Shown piece after piece: positions 27,566-38,213 of a DNA stretch of 64,000 bases. The position numbers were made by a program, and so were the translations under genes. The DNA is from Candidatus Moraniibacteriota bacterium (GTDB lineage: Bacteria > Patescibacteriota > Minisyncoccia > Moranbacterales > GCA-2747515), in the NCBI GenBank assembly GCA_040772365.1, contig JAXGYI010000007.1, positions 5,752 through 69,751 on the forward strand. Direction: 5' to 3'. The notes beneath the pieces are model-generated. The model was not told the DNA's origin. It saw only the letters and a program-made list of their open reading frames with translations, and did no database searches. Position 1 is the first letter of the stretch. Each line of letters begins with the position of its first letter.

Positions 27566-27982
27566 TTACAGATCTTCCTCACTGACAACGGAAATACCGT
27601 GCTTTTTGAGCAGCTCCGTCGTTACGCCATCGCCGCGCACCACATGCCCTGCAAACGTCCCATCATACACCTGCCCGCATCCGCACGAAGGGCTACGTTG
27701 CTTAAGGATCGCGCCTATCACATCGTACTGTTTGGCAATGCGCAAAGTCTCTTCGGCGCCGCGCGTAAACTGCACTGTCACATCATTCCCGTCTTTCGTC
27801 ACCACACGATCACCGCGACGCTCGGCTTCCGTGCGAGGTGTCGGCAAACCACCTAATTGCTCGGGACACACAGGAATCAACATTTCTTTTTGTGCAATCT
27901 TCAGCACACGATCATTAGCCTTTGATTGCCCATCATATCGACACCGCACACCGAGCAAACATGCACTACAAAGTCGTGCCAT
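27566..27982 (-). CDS. DUF523-family protein (TudS-like [4Fe-4S] 2-thiouracil desulfidase family)
   Basis: SACLLGVRCRYDGQSK...CPEQLGGLPTPR...QRSPSCGCGQVY matches the DUF523 Cys pattern. Confidence 0.6.
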   Translation of the reverse strand: MARLCSACLLGVRCRYDGQSKANDRVLKIAQKEMLIPVCPEQLGGLPTPRTEAERRGDRVVTKDGNDVTVQFTRGAEETLRIAKQYDVIGAILKQRSPSCGCGQVYDGTFAGHVVRGDGVTTELLKKHGISVVSEEDL

Positions 27983-28134
27983 AAACTATATAATGATGCT
28001 ATTTCTTTATAACCATGTTACCATACTACTGTTCACAATACCATCATACCATACACATATAACAGCCCTAGGGTGTAGGACTTTTTTTGTCACCCACTTT
28101 GAAAAAAAGCCATTTCCCTCTACAATAGTAGTAT

Positions 28135-28737
28135 ATGCAGATTATCACCATTTCCGGTCTGGACGGTTCGGGAAAATCTACACAGGCACGATTGATGCAG
28201 CACTGCCTCCGTCGCCACGGCGCGCACGTGCGCTATTTCAACGCGACGCAGTTTTCCATCGCGCGCGTTCTCACCACCGGGCAAAAACGTAGTGCCGACG
28301 GCAAAACCCGCGACGTCACACAGGCGACGCCGTTTGCCATTTGGTTGCGAACAGTGGCACTTTTTGTAGACGTAGTGCGTTTTCGCATCTGGATCTCGTG
28401 GCTTGGCAGGATGCACGGTGTCACACACATCATCTCCGACCGCTACTTCTACGACAGTATTGTCAACATCGCCTACCTCTCCAAACAAACCTACATGCCG
28501 TGGTTTCGGTCGCTTATTGTGCCACCGACTTATGCTTTTCTTTTATCCGTTCCACCCGATACCATCATGACACGTAGCACTCCACCGGCGCAAGGCACGG
28601 ACTACCTCATCCACAAAGACATCCTCTACCGCGACTATGCGCCCACGTTTACTCTACGCCGTATTGATGGTAATCGTTCACAAGAAGTTATTGCGGCGGA
28701 TTTCTGCGCCATCATCACCTCTCACAAAACCCTATGA
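28135..28737 (+). CDS. tmk: Thymidylate kinase-like P-loop NMP kinase (divergent)
   Basis: ITISGLDGSGKST P-loop and ISDRYFYDS (a DRY motif) are present. The lid region is divergent. Confidence 0.5.
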   Translation: MQIITISGLDGSGKSTQARLMQHCLRRHGAHVRYFNATQFSIARVLTTGQKRSADGKTRDVTQATPFAIWLRTVALFVDVVRFRIWISWLGRMHGVTHIISDRYFYDSIVNIAYLSKQTYMPWFRSLIVPPTYAFLLSVPPDTIMTRSTPPAQGTDYLIHKDILYRDYAPTFTLRRIDGNRSQEVIAADFCAIITSHKTL

Positions 28738-30221
28738 AACATTTTTCCCGCTCACTGATCTGGCTAACGATCTCCGAAGTGATTTTCAATGTCGCTGGCT
28801 ACATCATTCACTCCGCTCTCGGTCGTATTCTTACGCCAAGTGACTACGGGCGCTACAGTCTTGTCATTACCCTCACCACCATGATCATTGTCCTGATTGG
28901 CAATGGTATTCCCACAGCAATGGCAAAATACCTGAGCGAGATTATTAGCAAGAATCCACAGAACATTCAGCCAATCAAGCGCAAAGCTATACGTATGCAA
29001 GCGACACTCATGCTTGGTGTAACAGCAGTATTTTTCTTTGCCGCACCATTCATTGCCCGCCTCTTGGGCGACCCTACACTCACGCCGCTTTTCCGCTTCT
29101 CCACACTCATCATCCCAGCATTTGCTGCCGCATCGTTCTACTTTTCCTTTTTCACTGGATTGCACTTCTTCCGCCTACAAGCAACCCTTAAAACCGTCCG
29201 TGCACTTGGACGTGTTGTTTTCATTATCACATTGGCATATTTTTTTGGCGTGCCTGGTGCCATTGGTGGCTACATTGCCGCGCCCCTCGTAGTATTTGCC
29301 GTCGCCGTTGTGCTCGACATCTTCTATACCGGCAAAGTTTATCCCGCTGTGCGTGCAAAAAAATCCATTACACTCAACTCCGCATTCTCCACGCGCGCCA
29401 TTATCGCATTTGCGTGGCCGCTTACACTCTTCCTCCTCTTCTACCAACTCATTTCCAGTGTTGACCTCTACCTCGTCAAAGCCTTATTACACGACGATCA
29501 CCTCACTGGACTCTACAATGCCGTCATCACATCCGGTGGCATCCCCTACTTCCTCTTCTATGCACTCACCATCATCCTCTTACCCGCTATTTCCAAAACA
29601 ACCGCAGAACGTAATACTGCAGAAACTACCAGACTTCTCACAAAATCCCTGCGCCTCATGATTTTTCTTCTCGTGCCGCTCGTGACACTGCTTGCGCTCT
29701 ACAGCGCGCAAACACTGCACCTCATCTACGGCAACGCCTACAGTGTCGCCGCTGACTCAATGCGCATCTACACAATCGGCATCGGCATGCTCACCGTGTT
29801 CTACGTCCTCAGTTTTGCCCTCAATGGTGCTGGATTTGTCAAGATACCGATGCGCATCGCCCTTGTTGGATTGATCATCAACAGTGTCATCAACATCTTC
29901 CTCATCCCACGCTACAATTTAACTGGTGCTGCTGTTGCTGAGTGCGTTACAGGACTCTTTCTGATGATTGCTGCACTATGGAGTGTACATCGCCGCTTTA
30001 CTGTTTGCATTCCGCTGCGCCTGTGGTGGGCAGCAGCGCTCGGTATTGTCACCATGCTCCTGATCGCACGTATCCTTCCGCAACATGCGCTCTGGTTCAT
30101 CTTCTCTAGTAGCGTTCTGACTGCACTCTATTTTCTTGTTCTGCGTTTTTGCGGCGCTCTCACCAATGCCGATATCCGCATGTTTTTACCGCGTACAAAA
30201 TCTCGCACATCAACGCCATAA
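28734..30221 (+). CDS. MOP-superfamily flippase (Wzx/MurJ-like polysaccharide biosynthesis protein)
   Basis: 495 aa with about 14 TM helices. The N-terminal pattern ILTPSDYGRYSLVITLTTMIIVLIGNGIPTAMAKYLSE is typical of the PF01943/MurJ-like fold. Overlaps the tmk stop by 4 nt. Confidence 0.6.
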   Translation: MKHFSRSLIWLTISEVIFNVAGYIIHSALGRILTPSDYGRYSLVITLTTMIIVLIGNGIPTAMAKYLSEIISKNPQNIQPIKRKAIRMQATLMLGVTAVFFFAAPFIARLLGDPTLTPLFRFSTLIIPAFAAASFYFSFFTGLHFFRLQATLKTVRALGRVVFIITLAYFFGVPGAIGGYIAAPLVVFAVAVVLDIFYTGKVYPAVRAKKSITLNSAFSTRAIIAFAWPLTLFLLFYQLISSVDLYLVKALLHDDHLTGLYNAVITSGGIPYFLFYALTIILLPAISKTTAERNTAETTRLLTKSLRLMIFLLVPLVTLLALYSAQTLHLIYGNAYSVAADSMRIYTIGIGMLTVFYVLSFALNGAGFVKIPMRIALVGLIINSVINIFLIPRYNLTGAAVAECVTGLFLMIAALWSVHRRFTVCIPLRLWWAAALGIVTMLLIARILPQHALWFIFSSSVLTALYFLVLRFCGALTNADIRMFLPRTKSRTSTP

Positions 30222-30281
30222 AAACTGCGACAGGTATTTCTACCTGCCGCATATCACGTGTAGATCGTGATCGAGATCCGC

Positions 30282-31049
30282 TTACCGAATCGTAAACGTC
30301 ACATGCACTCTGGTTACAAGATTATTCTCACCTGTAGGAATCACTGCTGCTGCACTTTCTTTTACTTCATCCATCGCACGCATACCGGCGGCATAGAGTG
30401 GTCGCGGCACATCGCCACTGCGATCTTCGTTAAAACTCACGACGTTGCCCAGTTGCACATCCAAATCCTTAGCAATCTCCTTGGCCTTACGTCGCGCATC
30501 GGCAATAGCATCGGTACGCAACTGTTCACGTACAGCATCTTCATCATCCACAAAAAAGGTAAGCTGAGATACATCATCCACACCCGCACTATTCACAAGA
30601 TCTAGAACTGCCGACACTGTATCTAGATCGCGAATGGTAATTTCCACGCGCTGTGAAACCCGATAACCATCAAAACGCTGTGCATTGTCTGTATAAGTGT
30701 ATTCTGGTGACAGTGTATAAGAGATCGTTTTAACATCCTTCTTCTCCACACCTGTTTTTTCCAGTGCGTCTACAAGGTTTTGCATACGCTCATTAACTGA
30801 CTGCGTCGCAACCGTCGTGCTGCGATTTTTTGCCGTTACACCAAATGATACCTTCGCCGTATCCGGCACAACAAACGCCTCTGCCATACCATCCACAGTA
30901 ATCACCTGGTCTGCCGTCATCGTATTAGTGTGCACAGTAATCTCGCGATTGACAAAAACCCCGTACACCACAAGTACAAATGTGGCGATAATGCATCCAT
31001 AGACAATCATATGTACTACTCCATGGTCACGTTGCTGTTGTTCGTTCAT
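30282..31049 (-). CDS. SIMPL/DUF541-domain protein (membrane-anchored periplasmic protein)
   Basis: An N-terminal TM segment followed by VITVDGMAEAFVVPDTAKVSFGVTAKNRSTTVATQSVNERMQNLVDAL, which matches the SIMPL pattern. Confidence 0.55.
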   Translation of the reverse strand: MNEQQQRDHGVVHMIVYGCIIATFVLVVYGVFVNREITVHTNTMTADQVITVDGMAEAFVVPDTAKVSFGVTAKNRSTTVATQSVNERMQNLVDALEKTGVEKKDVKTISYTLSPEYTYTDNAQRFDGYRVSQRVEITIRDLDTVSAVLDLVNSAGVDDVSQLTFFVDDEDAVREQLRTDAIADARRKAKEIAKDLDVQLGNVVSFNEDRSGDVPRPLYAAGMRAMDEVKESAAAVIPTGENNLVTRVHVTFTIR

Positions 31050-31078
31050 AGTGTTCTATGTTAAAAATACTACACAAT

Positions 31079-32086
31079 TTAATTTATTATGCGCTTGCGA
31101 TCACTCGTAGTGCGTCGTCGACGCACAGCACGCCACAGACCACGTGCAGCTATAACGACAAGCCACAGTAACACGCCGTACATCACTAGCATCGGCACGA
31201 TACGCACGATCAGTATAATGAGAAGGTTGACAAAGCCCTGCATATCTACAAAAAGTCCATGCACACCTTCTTTCACAATTTGTAGCGGGCGCCACTGGTC
31301 CGATAGTGTCACCGTGCGATCTTCACTCAGCGTAACAGTAATGCGCGCGTAATCTGTTTGTGATGCCATAAACGTCAATTGCGCCTGCATCCGTTCAATA
31401 TCTCCTCGCACGCGCTGCACCTGACGCGTCACTTCCAAAATATCAGAAATTTTTTTCGCCTGATCCAGTACCTTAATATACGCCTGCTCCTCTGCCATGG
31501 CATTGGCAATACGTTTCTCCAAATCACGATATGCGAGTGTCACATCTTCACTGCCCGTAGATTCCTGTGTAACAACCGTTGCCACTTTTTTGATCGCCGT
31601 AAATGCATCCGCGAATTGTGCTACAGGCACATGTACTGTTACTGTACCGCTCTTCACATCATCTGTGCGACGCGTAAAAGAAGTTGTAACGACACTGCCG
31701 CCATATTGTTCGGCGATAGCTGTAATGGCCGCCACAGCGTTATCCACTCTGTCCACACGCATGTATATCTGCCCATCTTTGATTTCTTTTTTGTCCTGCG
31801 CCACTTCCGCATTGTTCACATCTGCATCCATTGATACGTCCATGGTCGCATCAATACTATTCATCGGCATCTCACGAGATGCCATGCCCGCACCTTTTGT
31901 AGACGATTGCAGTGCCAAAGATGTCTTGCCATGTGTATCGTATATATCCTCACTCCATGGTGCCACATGTCCATGATACGCACGCAACCCAATTACTACT
32001 ATGACGAACAGCACGATGACGCCTGCAATACCTGCAAGAACTATCCCGGCAATTATTTTTCCCATATGCCTCTTTTCTGCGTGCAT
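31079..32086 (-). CDS. Hypothetical membrane protein (N-terminal TM, coiled-coil middle, C-terminal TM; DUF4349-like)
   Basis: The architecture is visible in the translation. Family assignment is tentative. Confidence 0.35.
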   Translation of the reverse strand: MHAEKRHMGKIIAGIVLAGIAGVIVLFVIVVIGLRAYHGHVAPWSEDIYDTHGKTSLALQSSTKGAGMASREMPMNSIDATMDVSMDADVNNAEVAQDKKEIKDGQIYMRVDRVDNAVAAITAIAEQYGGSVVTTSFTRRTDDVKSGTVTVHVPVAQFADAFTAIKKVATVVTQESTGSEDVTLAYRDLEKRIANAMAEEQAYIKVLDQAKKISDILEVTRQVQRVRGDIERMQAQLTFMASQTDYARITVTLSEDRTVTLSDQWRPLQIVKEGVHGLFVDMQGFVNLLIILIVRIVPMLVMYGVLLWLVVIAARGLWRAVRRRRTTSDRKRIIN

Positions 32087-32174
32087 ATTTTTATGTTATC
32101 TACTTACCTTTATGCTGTAAGTATACCACAGAAAGCTATATACTGTGAAAAGCTATGCCACCTCATCACCATCG

Positions 32175-33959
32175 TCACTCCTCTGTCCACACCTGTCGCC
32201 AGAGATAGCGAATCTGCACACCGCTGGCGAAAACAGGATCGCGTTGTGACGGTGCAAAGATTTTTTCTTCCTCTGTGACAGCCTCTGGCTTAGCCCGTAA
32301 GTAATATGCTGTTAACGTGCCGAATGCCTTTCGCTCTACAATATCCAGACCCGGCATAAATTTCGCTAAAAATGCCTCCTGATCGGATTGTGCACGAACT
32401 ACAACAAAATAGTTCCCCTTACGGTACAGAGGTGAAAGATCCAGGGCAATCGGATCACGTGGAATACCTCGTACATCAATACGCTCCCACAGTGCGCGCT
32501 TATACTCTGGCTGCGCATGCACAAACACTGCTTCACCATTACTCATATGTATCTCCTCTATCCAATCTACAATCGCCATCATTTGTCCGAATGTGACGCG
32601 TACACGCTCTTTGAGCACGCGATCACGGTGCATAATCTCCGCAGTTGGATCAGTAGCTGCTGCACGCAACTCGCCAAAATACCGCAACACAAAAAACATA
32701 TTACACGCAATACACAGAAGCACGATTGTCACACCAAGAGTATATCCGCCGCGCGGTAACCACAGACGTACACCACTCACCACAAATCCTACGACAAGAA
32801 TTGCCACCGGCGCCACAAGCAAGAAAAATCGCGGCGCAATGTCATAGGCAAGCGGCGTGAAGAAGAGAAAAACCACACCGACCCATAATACAATCATGCG
32901 CAGAAAATCACGCTCCTGATTAAGCGATGTATAACGATAGAATTGCCACAGCGCACTCAATGCCGCGACAAGACACCCTAAAGCAATCATGCCGCGTCCA
33001 AAACCATGGCGACAGTCGTAGTCACAGCGAATATCCATACCGGAAAGCGTTGGCATACCTGCAAGTTGATCCCCTGTAGCAATCATCCAGTAGTATTGCA
33101 CGTGCAGACCTGTATTTGTCACGATCTTTTCAATTACTGTATGCTTTGCCGTGTCTTTTCCTTCGCCTTCTTCATCGCTGTCATCCACACCGCCCCGCGC
33201 AAGCAGTGTCTGCATAAATGCCTGCGCATTATCACCACCTGTTTTGATATCATTCACAATTAGTGGTGTATTTAATATGACAAAAACACCTATAGCACCA
33301 ACCCAATAGCGCCAATTGATCCTCGTCCGCGTCCACATGAGGTAGAGCACCGCCACAAGTGGCATCGTAACAAATGCCACAAAATGCATACTCATAAGAA
33401 ATGCTAAGGCTGCTGCCGCCACAACCAGCCACCAACCCCGCCGTGCGTCTTCTGTGTCACTTGTGCGCAACAATGCATAAATAAAAAGGAGTGTAAACGG
33501 CGTCAAGAGGTTCGGATTCCATCCAAAGCGACTATAGGATATCAGAAAAAGTGACGTAGCAAAAATCGTACTAAGCCCCAACGATAGACGTGGACCAAAG
33601 AACCGTCGCGACAATGCAAAAAACAGCCCAATCGCGGCAATATTGAGAAGTGCAATGATCATAACACTGCCAGCCGGTGTATTACCAAAGATCAGTGCAC
33701 TAACATACTCCACATAGTACAACCACGGCCCGAGCCGTAAAAATGATCCCGCAGCACGAGGACCCTGCAACGGCAATTCTCCTGGACCATATTCCATTGC
33801 TGCATACACTACCCGAAAATCCCGTGCCTGATCCAGCTGATAGTGCATCCAATCTTCAAAGTGATACAGGCGCAAGAATGCACCAACAGCAATAACCACA
33901 CTTAGTGCATAGATCCAGCGATGACGCAGGATGTGTTCTTTCATAATACATCGATCCAT
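32175..33959 (-). CDS. GT-C fold membrane glycosyltransferase (PMT/ArnT-like, GT39/GT83-type), paralog A1
   Basis: 594 aa, polytopic. The first-loop acidic motif is FLRLYHFEDWMHYQLDQARD. There is strong N-terminal similarity to ORF 40108..41718 (FLRL..F.D...NDQ.RD ... GP.AGG.F.LGP..YY ... SRF.WNPN). Confidence 0.6.
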   Translation of the reverse strand: MDRCIMKEHILRHRWIYALSVVIAVGAFLRLYHFEDWMHYQLDQARDFRVVYAAMEYGPGELPLQGPRAAGSFLRLGPWLYYVEYVSALIFGNTPAGSVMIIALLNIAAIGLFFALSRRFFGPRLSLGLSTIFATSLFLISYSRFGWNPNLLTPFTLLFIYALLRTSDTEDARRGWWLVVAAAALAFLMSMHFVAFVTMPLVAVLYLMWTRTRINWRYWVGAIGVFVILNTPLIVNDIKTGGDNAQAFMQTLLARGGVDDSDEEGEGKDTAKHTVIEKIVTNTGLHVQYYWMIATGDQLAGMPTLSGMDIRCDYDCRHGFGRGMIALGCLVAALSALWQFYRYTSLNQERDFLRMIVLWVGVVFLFFTPLAYDIAPRFFLLVAPVAILVVGFVVSGVRLWLPRGGYTLGVTIVLLCIACNMFFVLRYFGELRAAATDPTAEIMHRDRVLKERVRVTFGQMMAIVDWIEEIHMSNGEAVFVHAQPEYKRALWERIDVRGIPRDPIALDLSPLYRKGNYFVVVRAQSDQEAFLAKFMPGLDIVERKAFGTLTAYYLRAKPEAVTEEEKIFAPSQRDPVFASGVQIRYLWRQVWTEE

Positions 33960-34003
33960 AAAACCTTCTTATAACGGATGAAAACGTGCCACGATAATAC
34001 TAC

Positions 34004-35605
34004 CTATTTAGTGCCCCCATGTAAGTCCCAGTGATACACCGTCACCTTACCACGCACGAGATCAGAGTCCGTGACCGCTGTGGCATGCTGTGCCAGATAA
34101 GCACGTGCCGCCTTTTCCACAAACACATTATCATTGTCAGCCAGCACTACCCAGCCGCGCGGATGCTGTACCATGATCTCCTGCACATACACCGCCGTGA
34201 TCTTTTTGACTTTACCCTCTTTTGCCAACAGCGACTCGTCGCGCTCCGAACCGAAATCAAATACCGGAATGCCCATGCCGCGCCAATAGAAGTTGCGAAA
34301 ATTACGCGTGATCATCACATCGCCGGGCTTCGCATTGTCGCGCACATAGGTGAATACTTTGCGATAGTTTGCGCGATCTGCCGTCATAGTGATGTGGTAG
34401 GTGGTATTTTTCTGAAAGAAGTAGCCGTAGTACGGTAGCAGCAGTGCGGCAACAAGTAGCGTACCAATAAATGCTGCACGCCTACGCGTTGCCCGCGCCA
34501 TCCACCGCGCCGCCGCCACAACACCCGCCGCTGCCACCATCATGGCAAGCGGTTGTAGGAAAAAGATATATTGCGCACCCACATTGCGATCCCACAGAAA
34601 AATCGCTGCTGTAAGTCCCACGATAAATGTACTCACCAACCACGCACCTGCAGGCGCTACATCACGAAACCGCACCAGAGCAACGCTCCCGCCAACCAGC
34701 GCCGCCGCCGCAATCAACGGATGCCAATACGAACGCGCAAGATGTGCAAGGTATCCCCAGTGATCATCAAAAAATACCATACCACTCGCCAACTGTACCC
34801 ACACCGACGGAAGAAAAACGGCACACGCCACTGCACCAGCCGCACACACGCCAAGATACACAACATAGCGCCAGCGCATCAGTGGCGCGCGCGACACCAC
34901 CGCCATCCAGAAAAAATACCCTACAACCATCAATGCAAGATTGCCCGCCAGCGGATGAAGATGTAAGGCAAGTACCGCCATCACTACAACTACAATAGCA
35001 TACGCCCAATTGACATGCAGCGCTGCAGAAACCACACGGCGCAACGTCACACGGTCCGCGGGATGTATAGTAAGACGCGGCACATGCTCCACAAACCGAA
35101 ACGCACTCCACCACAACATCAAAAACACCGGCGCAAACATACTGTACATACGTACTGCGCGATTGATCTCAATTGCTGGTACAGACACTGCCCACAAGAA
35201 TGCCGCCACAACACCAATGGCACGCGAACGCAATAAACTTACCGTGACTCCATAGATTAAAACCGTCGTGATAATGCCCCACAGTGCACTTACCACGCGC
35301 GCCGTAGATTCGGCAAGCGGCAATACGCGATACATCTGTGCCACCTGCCACCGATACAGCCATGCGCGTTCATCACTCGCCTTGTTGTCGCGCACACTTG
35401 GTGCGTCGTGATTGAAGTCCCACGCCTGCCAAACACCTGTCTTGTAGTAACCATAGGTTGCATTCACGTCCAGAAATTCATCGGCATTGAGCGGGACATT
35501 GCCCAACTGCCATAGTCGCAAACCCGCCGCCAGCGCTACCACTACCACAAGAATCCACGTCACATCCCGCCGCGACCACGATCGTTCTAAAAAATTTTTG
35601 ATCAT
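34004..35605 (-). CDS. GT-C fold membrane glycosyltransferase (ArnT/PMT_2-like)
   Basis: 533 aa, polytopic. First-loop RLWQLGNVPLNADEFLDVNATYGYY carries the canonical GT-C DE motif of polyprenyl-phosphate-sugar-dependent transferases. Confidence 0.6.
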   Translation of the reverse strand: MIKNFLERSWSRRDVTWILVVVVALAAGLRLWQLGNVPLNADEFLDVNATYGYYKTGVWQAWDFNHDAPSVRDNKASDERAWLYRWQVAQMYRVLPLAESTARVVSALWGIITTVLIYGVTVSLLRSRAIGVVAAFLWAVSVPAIEINRAVRMYSMFAPVFLMLWWSAFRFVEHVPRLTIHPADRVTLRRVVSAALHVNWAYAIVVVVMAVLALHLHPLAGNLALMVVGYFFWMAVVSRAPLMRWRYVVYLGVCAAGAVACAVFLPSVWVQLASGMVFFDDHWGYLAHLARSYWHPLIAAAALVGGSVALVRFRDVAPAGAWLVSTFIVGLTAAIFLWDRNVGAQYIFFLQPLAMMVAAAGVVAAARWMARATRRRAAFIGTLLVAALLLPYYGYFFQKNTTYHITMTADRANYRKVFTYVRDNAKPGDVMITRNFRNFYWRGMGIPVFDFGSERDESLLAKEGKVKKITAVYVQEIMVQHPRGWVVLADNDNVFVEKAARAYLAQHATAVTDSDLVRGKVTVYHWDLHGGTK

Positions 35606-35886
35606 ACTGTCTTAGTCACTGGTAATTAAGATTTAAAAAAATTACGCCTTCTCTTAATTATAAACAACTATTGATTTTTTGGCAGATTGACAATATTTTT
35701 AATATATGCTGTAATCTATAATTTATAATGTGGAACTAGCCATCTACGCCAATCAGACATGTAGTCTGTGCATACGTATTGTGTCATGAAAATGATGAGA
35801 AAATATCGCCCCTGTTTTTTTGTGATACGCACTCGCAAAGTAAGAATCAAACAAAGATTGAAAAAATGCCCACTGCCTAGTATTCT

Positions 35887-35915
35887 TTTACATTATATCC
35901 ATTTTTCGCTATACT
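35887..35915 (+). promoter_or_regulatory. Sigma70-like promoter TTTACA-N17-TATACT, 7 nt upstream of the ATG of ORF 35922 (candidate leaderless mRNA)
   Basis: -35 at 35887-35892, -10 at 35910-35915, start codon at 35922. There is no SD. The divergent intergenic region is AT-rich. Confidence 0.45.
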
Positions 35916-35921
35916 GAAGCC

Positions 35922-38201
35922 ATGCATACATCTCCGGACGACAAAAAACCTGCACTACCACACCTGATGCGTACGCGCACCTTTGTGGCGACAATGCTGT
36001 GCGCAACCATCTGTGCCCTTCTCTTTATTGTCCAAAAAACCGACGCCTTGGACCACATGCGCCTTTTGGCGTCCGCCACGCCACTATATGGCATATTTCT
36101 GGTACTCTTTGGATGGGCACTGTGGTGGGCGTGGCGTCACAGCACCAAATACATAGACCGCGCACTACTGATTGCTGGTATCTTCTTACCAGCATCACTA
36201 CTCATCACCCTTGCACCTTTTTTTGCCACTACACATATTACCGCCACCATCACGGCACTTACGGGATTTCATATTTGCATCTATGGCATCCTCGCCATCT
36301 CCTACTACATACGTACTACACAATCAAACGATTGGCAAAAACCCGTCACTACACGCATTGCCCTGTGGCAGTGGGCGCTTTTAGGAGCTGTGATGATCAT
36401 CTACAGCTGGTTTGCCTTTCATCATCTCGGCAATGCGTTTTATGTGGATGAAAAGCTCTGGGTCTATGAACGCATTGAAAACTATTGGGACAATCTCCGT
36501 GAGCGCGATTGGCTTAATACGCGTCCTAGTGACAAGCCCGGTATTACCACCGCCCTTGTCACTGGTCCCGGACTCCTCTTCCACGATCCCAGCGATTTCA
36601 AAAAAGGCAAGCTACACAAAGAGCTTTTGCCGGATATGTTTTTTGCCCTTCGCGCACCACAGGTTATCGCCATTCTCCTGATGATCATCGCTGCATTCTT
36701 CCTCACACGCCACATCATCGGCACACGCACAGCGCTGATGTATAGTATTTTCCTCACACTGTCTCCACTTTTACTCGGCATCTCGCGCATCATCAATCCA
36801 GATGCACTCTTATGGATTTTCTTTATTCTCGGATTCCTGTGGATCATACGCTATCTGCAACACGAAAGACCCTCCGCGATCATTACCGCCGGAGTTTTCG
36901 TGGGACTCGCACTGTTGACAAAGTACATTGCCAACATCTTCATTCTTTTTTTCCTCCTCATTCTTTTTATAGACCTTGCATTGCGTGACCATGACAATAC
37001 TGATGCCGCATTACGCACACAGCGTTTACGAAAACGCGCCATCCACGCTGCTGCAATGGTGTGGATCGCACTCAGTGTTTTCTATGCACTCTATCCTGGC
37101 GCATGGGTGAAACACGATCGAATGCTCCTTGCTACCATTCACTCCGAAGCATTCCTCTCCACATGGAAATTTTTTGCTATCATCGTCGCCTTTTTTGTTG
37201 CTGATCTTTGTTTGTGGCATGCGCGTATCACGCGTGCCTTACTCACAGCTGTATACCGCACACGCACATGGCTTGCACGTGGCGTCTATGGTGTCTTTGG
37301 TATTGCCGTCATCATCGTTTTTTTTAATGTTCTCACAGATATGTCGCTCTATAATTTTACCGCCATTATTGAGTCACCAAAATCGTCTTACACTTCAACG
37401 TCACCGATTGCTTTTTTCCTCGCATCTTTCTATCCTCTCCTCTTTGGCGTCACCCCACTTGTACTCATCGGCGCGCTCATTGCCTATGCACGCCGTGCCT
37501 ATCGCCCACAGTGGCACATCACTGACCGCATCGTATTGTACGGCGCGCTCTTCATCCTCATCTACTATACTGCTTCACTCATGAACCATGTTGCACCGAT
37601 TATCCGCTACCAAATTATCATCTACCCACTCTTCATTCTCACTGCTGCCATCGGCTGGAACGACATTCTACGTGCACGACACCTACAGCGTACAGCCGCA
37701 ATAACGATATTCATCGTATTCCTCTGCATCGGCAGCTTGCAACTTGCAACGATTGCGCCATTTTACTTTTCCTATAACAGCCCACTCCTGCCTCAACAGT
37801 TCATTATTAATACCAAAGACATGGGCGACGGTAACTACGAAATTGCACAATGGCTCAACGCACGCCCAGCTGCTGCAGATATGGTTGTATGGACTGATAA
37901 GGCCGGTGTCTGCCAATTTTTCATCGGGACATGCATTACAATGACGCGCGGTGACGCTCTCTTGACCTACGCACCACGTATTGACTACTACATTGTCTCC
38001 CAAAACCGACGTGGCTTTTTCCAGCGCACGGCTGCCGCATACCGTGCCGCAGATCCCACTTATCCCATCCACCTCGACAGACTCTACGACCCCGAGCTCC
38101 CCACAGTATATACACTCCACCCAAGCGGACGGCAAGAAAACTTCATGCGTATCATTGACAGCAATGCTGTCTCCATTACATCCAACAATCATATCCATTA
38201 A
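35922..38201 (+). CDS. GT-C fold membrane glycosyltransferase, paralog B1 (759 aa)
   Basis: Polytopic. First-loop motif FHHLGNAFYVDEKLWVYERIENYWDNLRERDWLNTRPSDKPGITTALVTG is paralogous to ORF 38214. Confidence 0.6.
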   Translation: MHTSPDDKKPALPHLMRTRTFVATMLCATICALLFIVQKTDALDHMRLLASATPLYGIFLVLFGWALWWAWRHSTKYIDRALLIAGIFLPASLLITLAPFFATTHITATITALTGFHICIYGILAISYYIRTTQSNDWQKPVTTRIALWQWALLGAVMIIYSWFAFHHLGNAFYVDEKLWVYERIENYWDNLRERDWLNTRPSDKPGITTALVTGPGLLFHDPSDFKKGKLHKELLPDMFFALRAPQVIAILLMIIAAFFLTRHIIGTRTALMYSIFLTLSPLLLGISRIINPDALLWIFFILGFLWIIRYLQHERPSAIITAGVFVGLALLTKYIANIFILFFLLILFIDLALRDHDNTDAALRTQRLRKRAIHAAAMVWIALSVFYALYPGAWVKHDRMLLATIHSEAFLSTWKFFAIIVAFFVADLCLWHARITRALLTAVYRTRTWLARGVYGVFGIAVIIVFFNVLTDMSLYNFTAIIESPKSSYTSTSPIAFFLASFYPLLFGVTPLVLIGALIAYARRAYRPQWHITDRIVLYGALFILIYYTASLMNHVAPIIRYQIIIYPLFILTAAIGWNDILRARHLQRTAAITIFIVFLCIGSLQLATIAPFYFSYNSPLLPQQFIINTKDMGDGNYEIAQWLNARPAAADMVVWTDKAGVCQFFIGTCITMTRGDALLTYAPRIDYYIVSQNRRGFFQRTAAAYRAADPTYPIHLDRLYDPELPTVYTLHPSGRQENFMRIIDSNAVSITSNNHIH

Positions 38202-38213
38202 CACTACAGCCCT

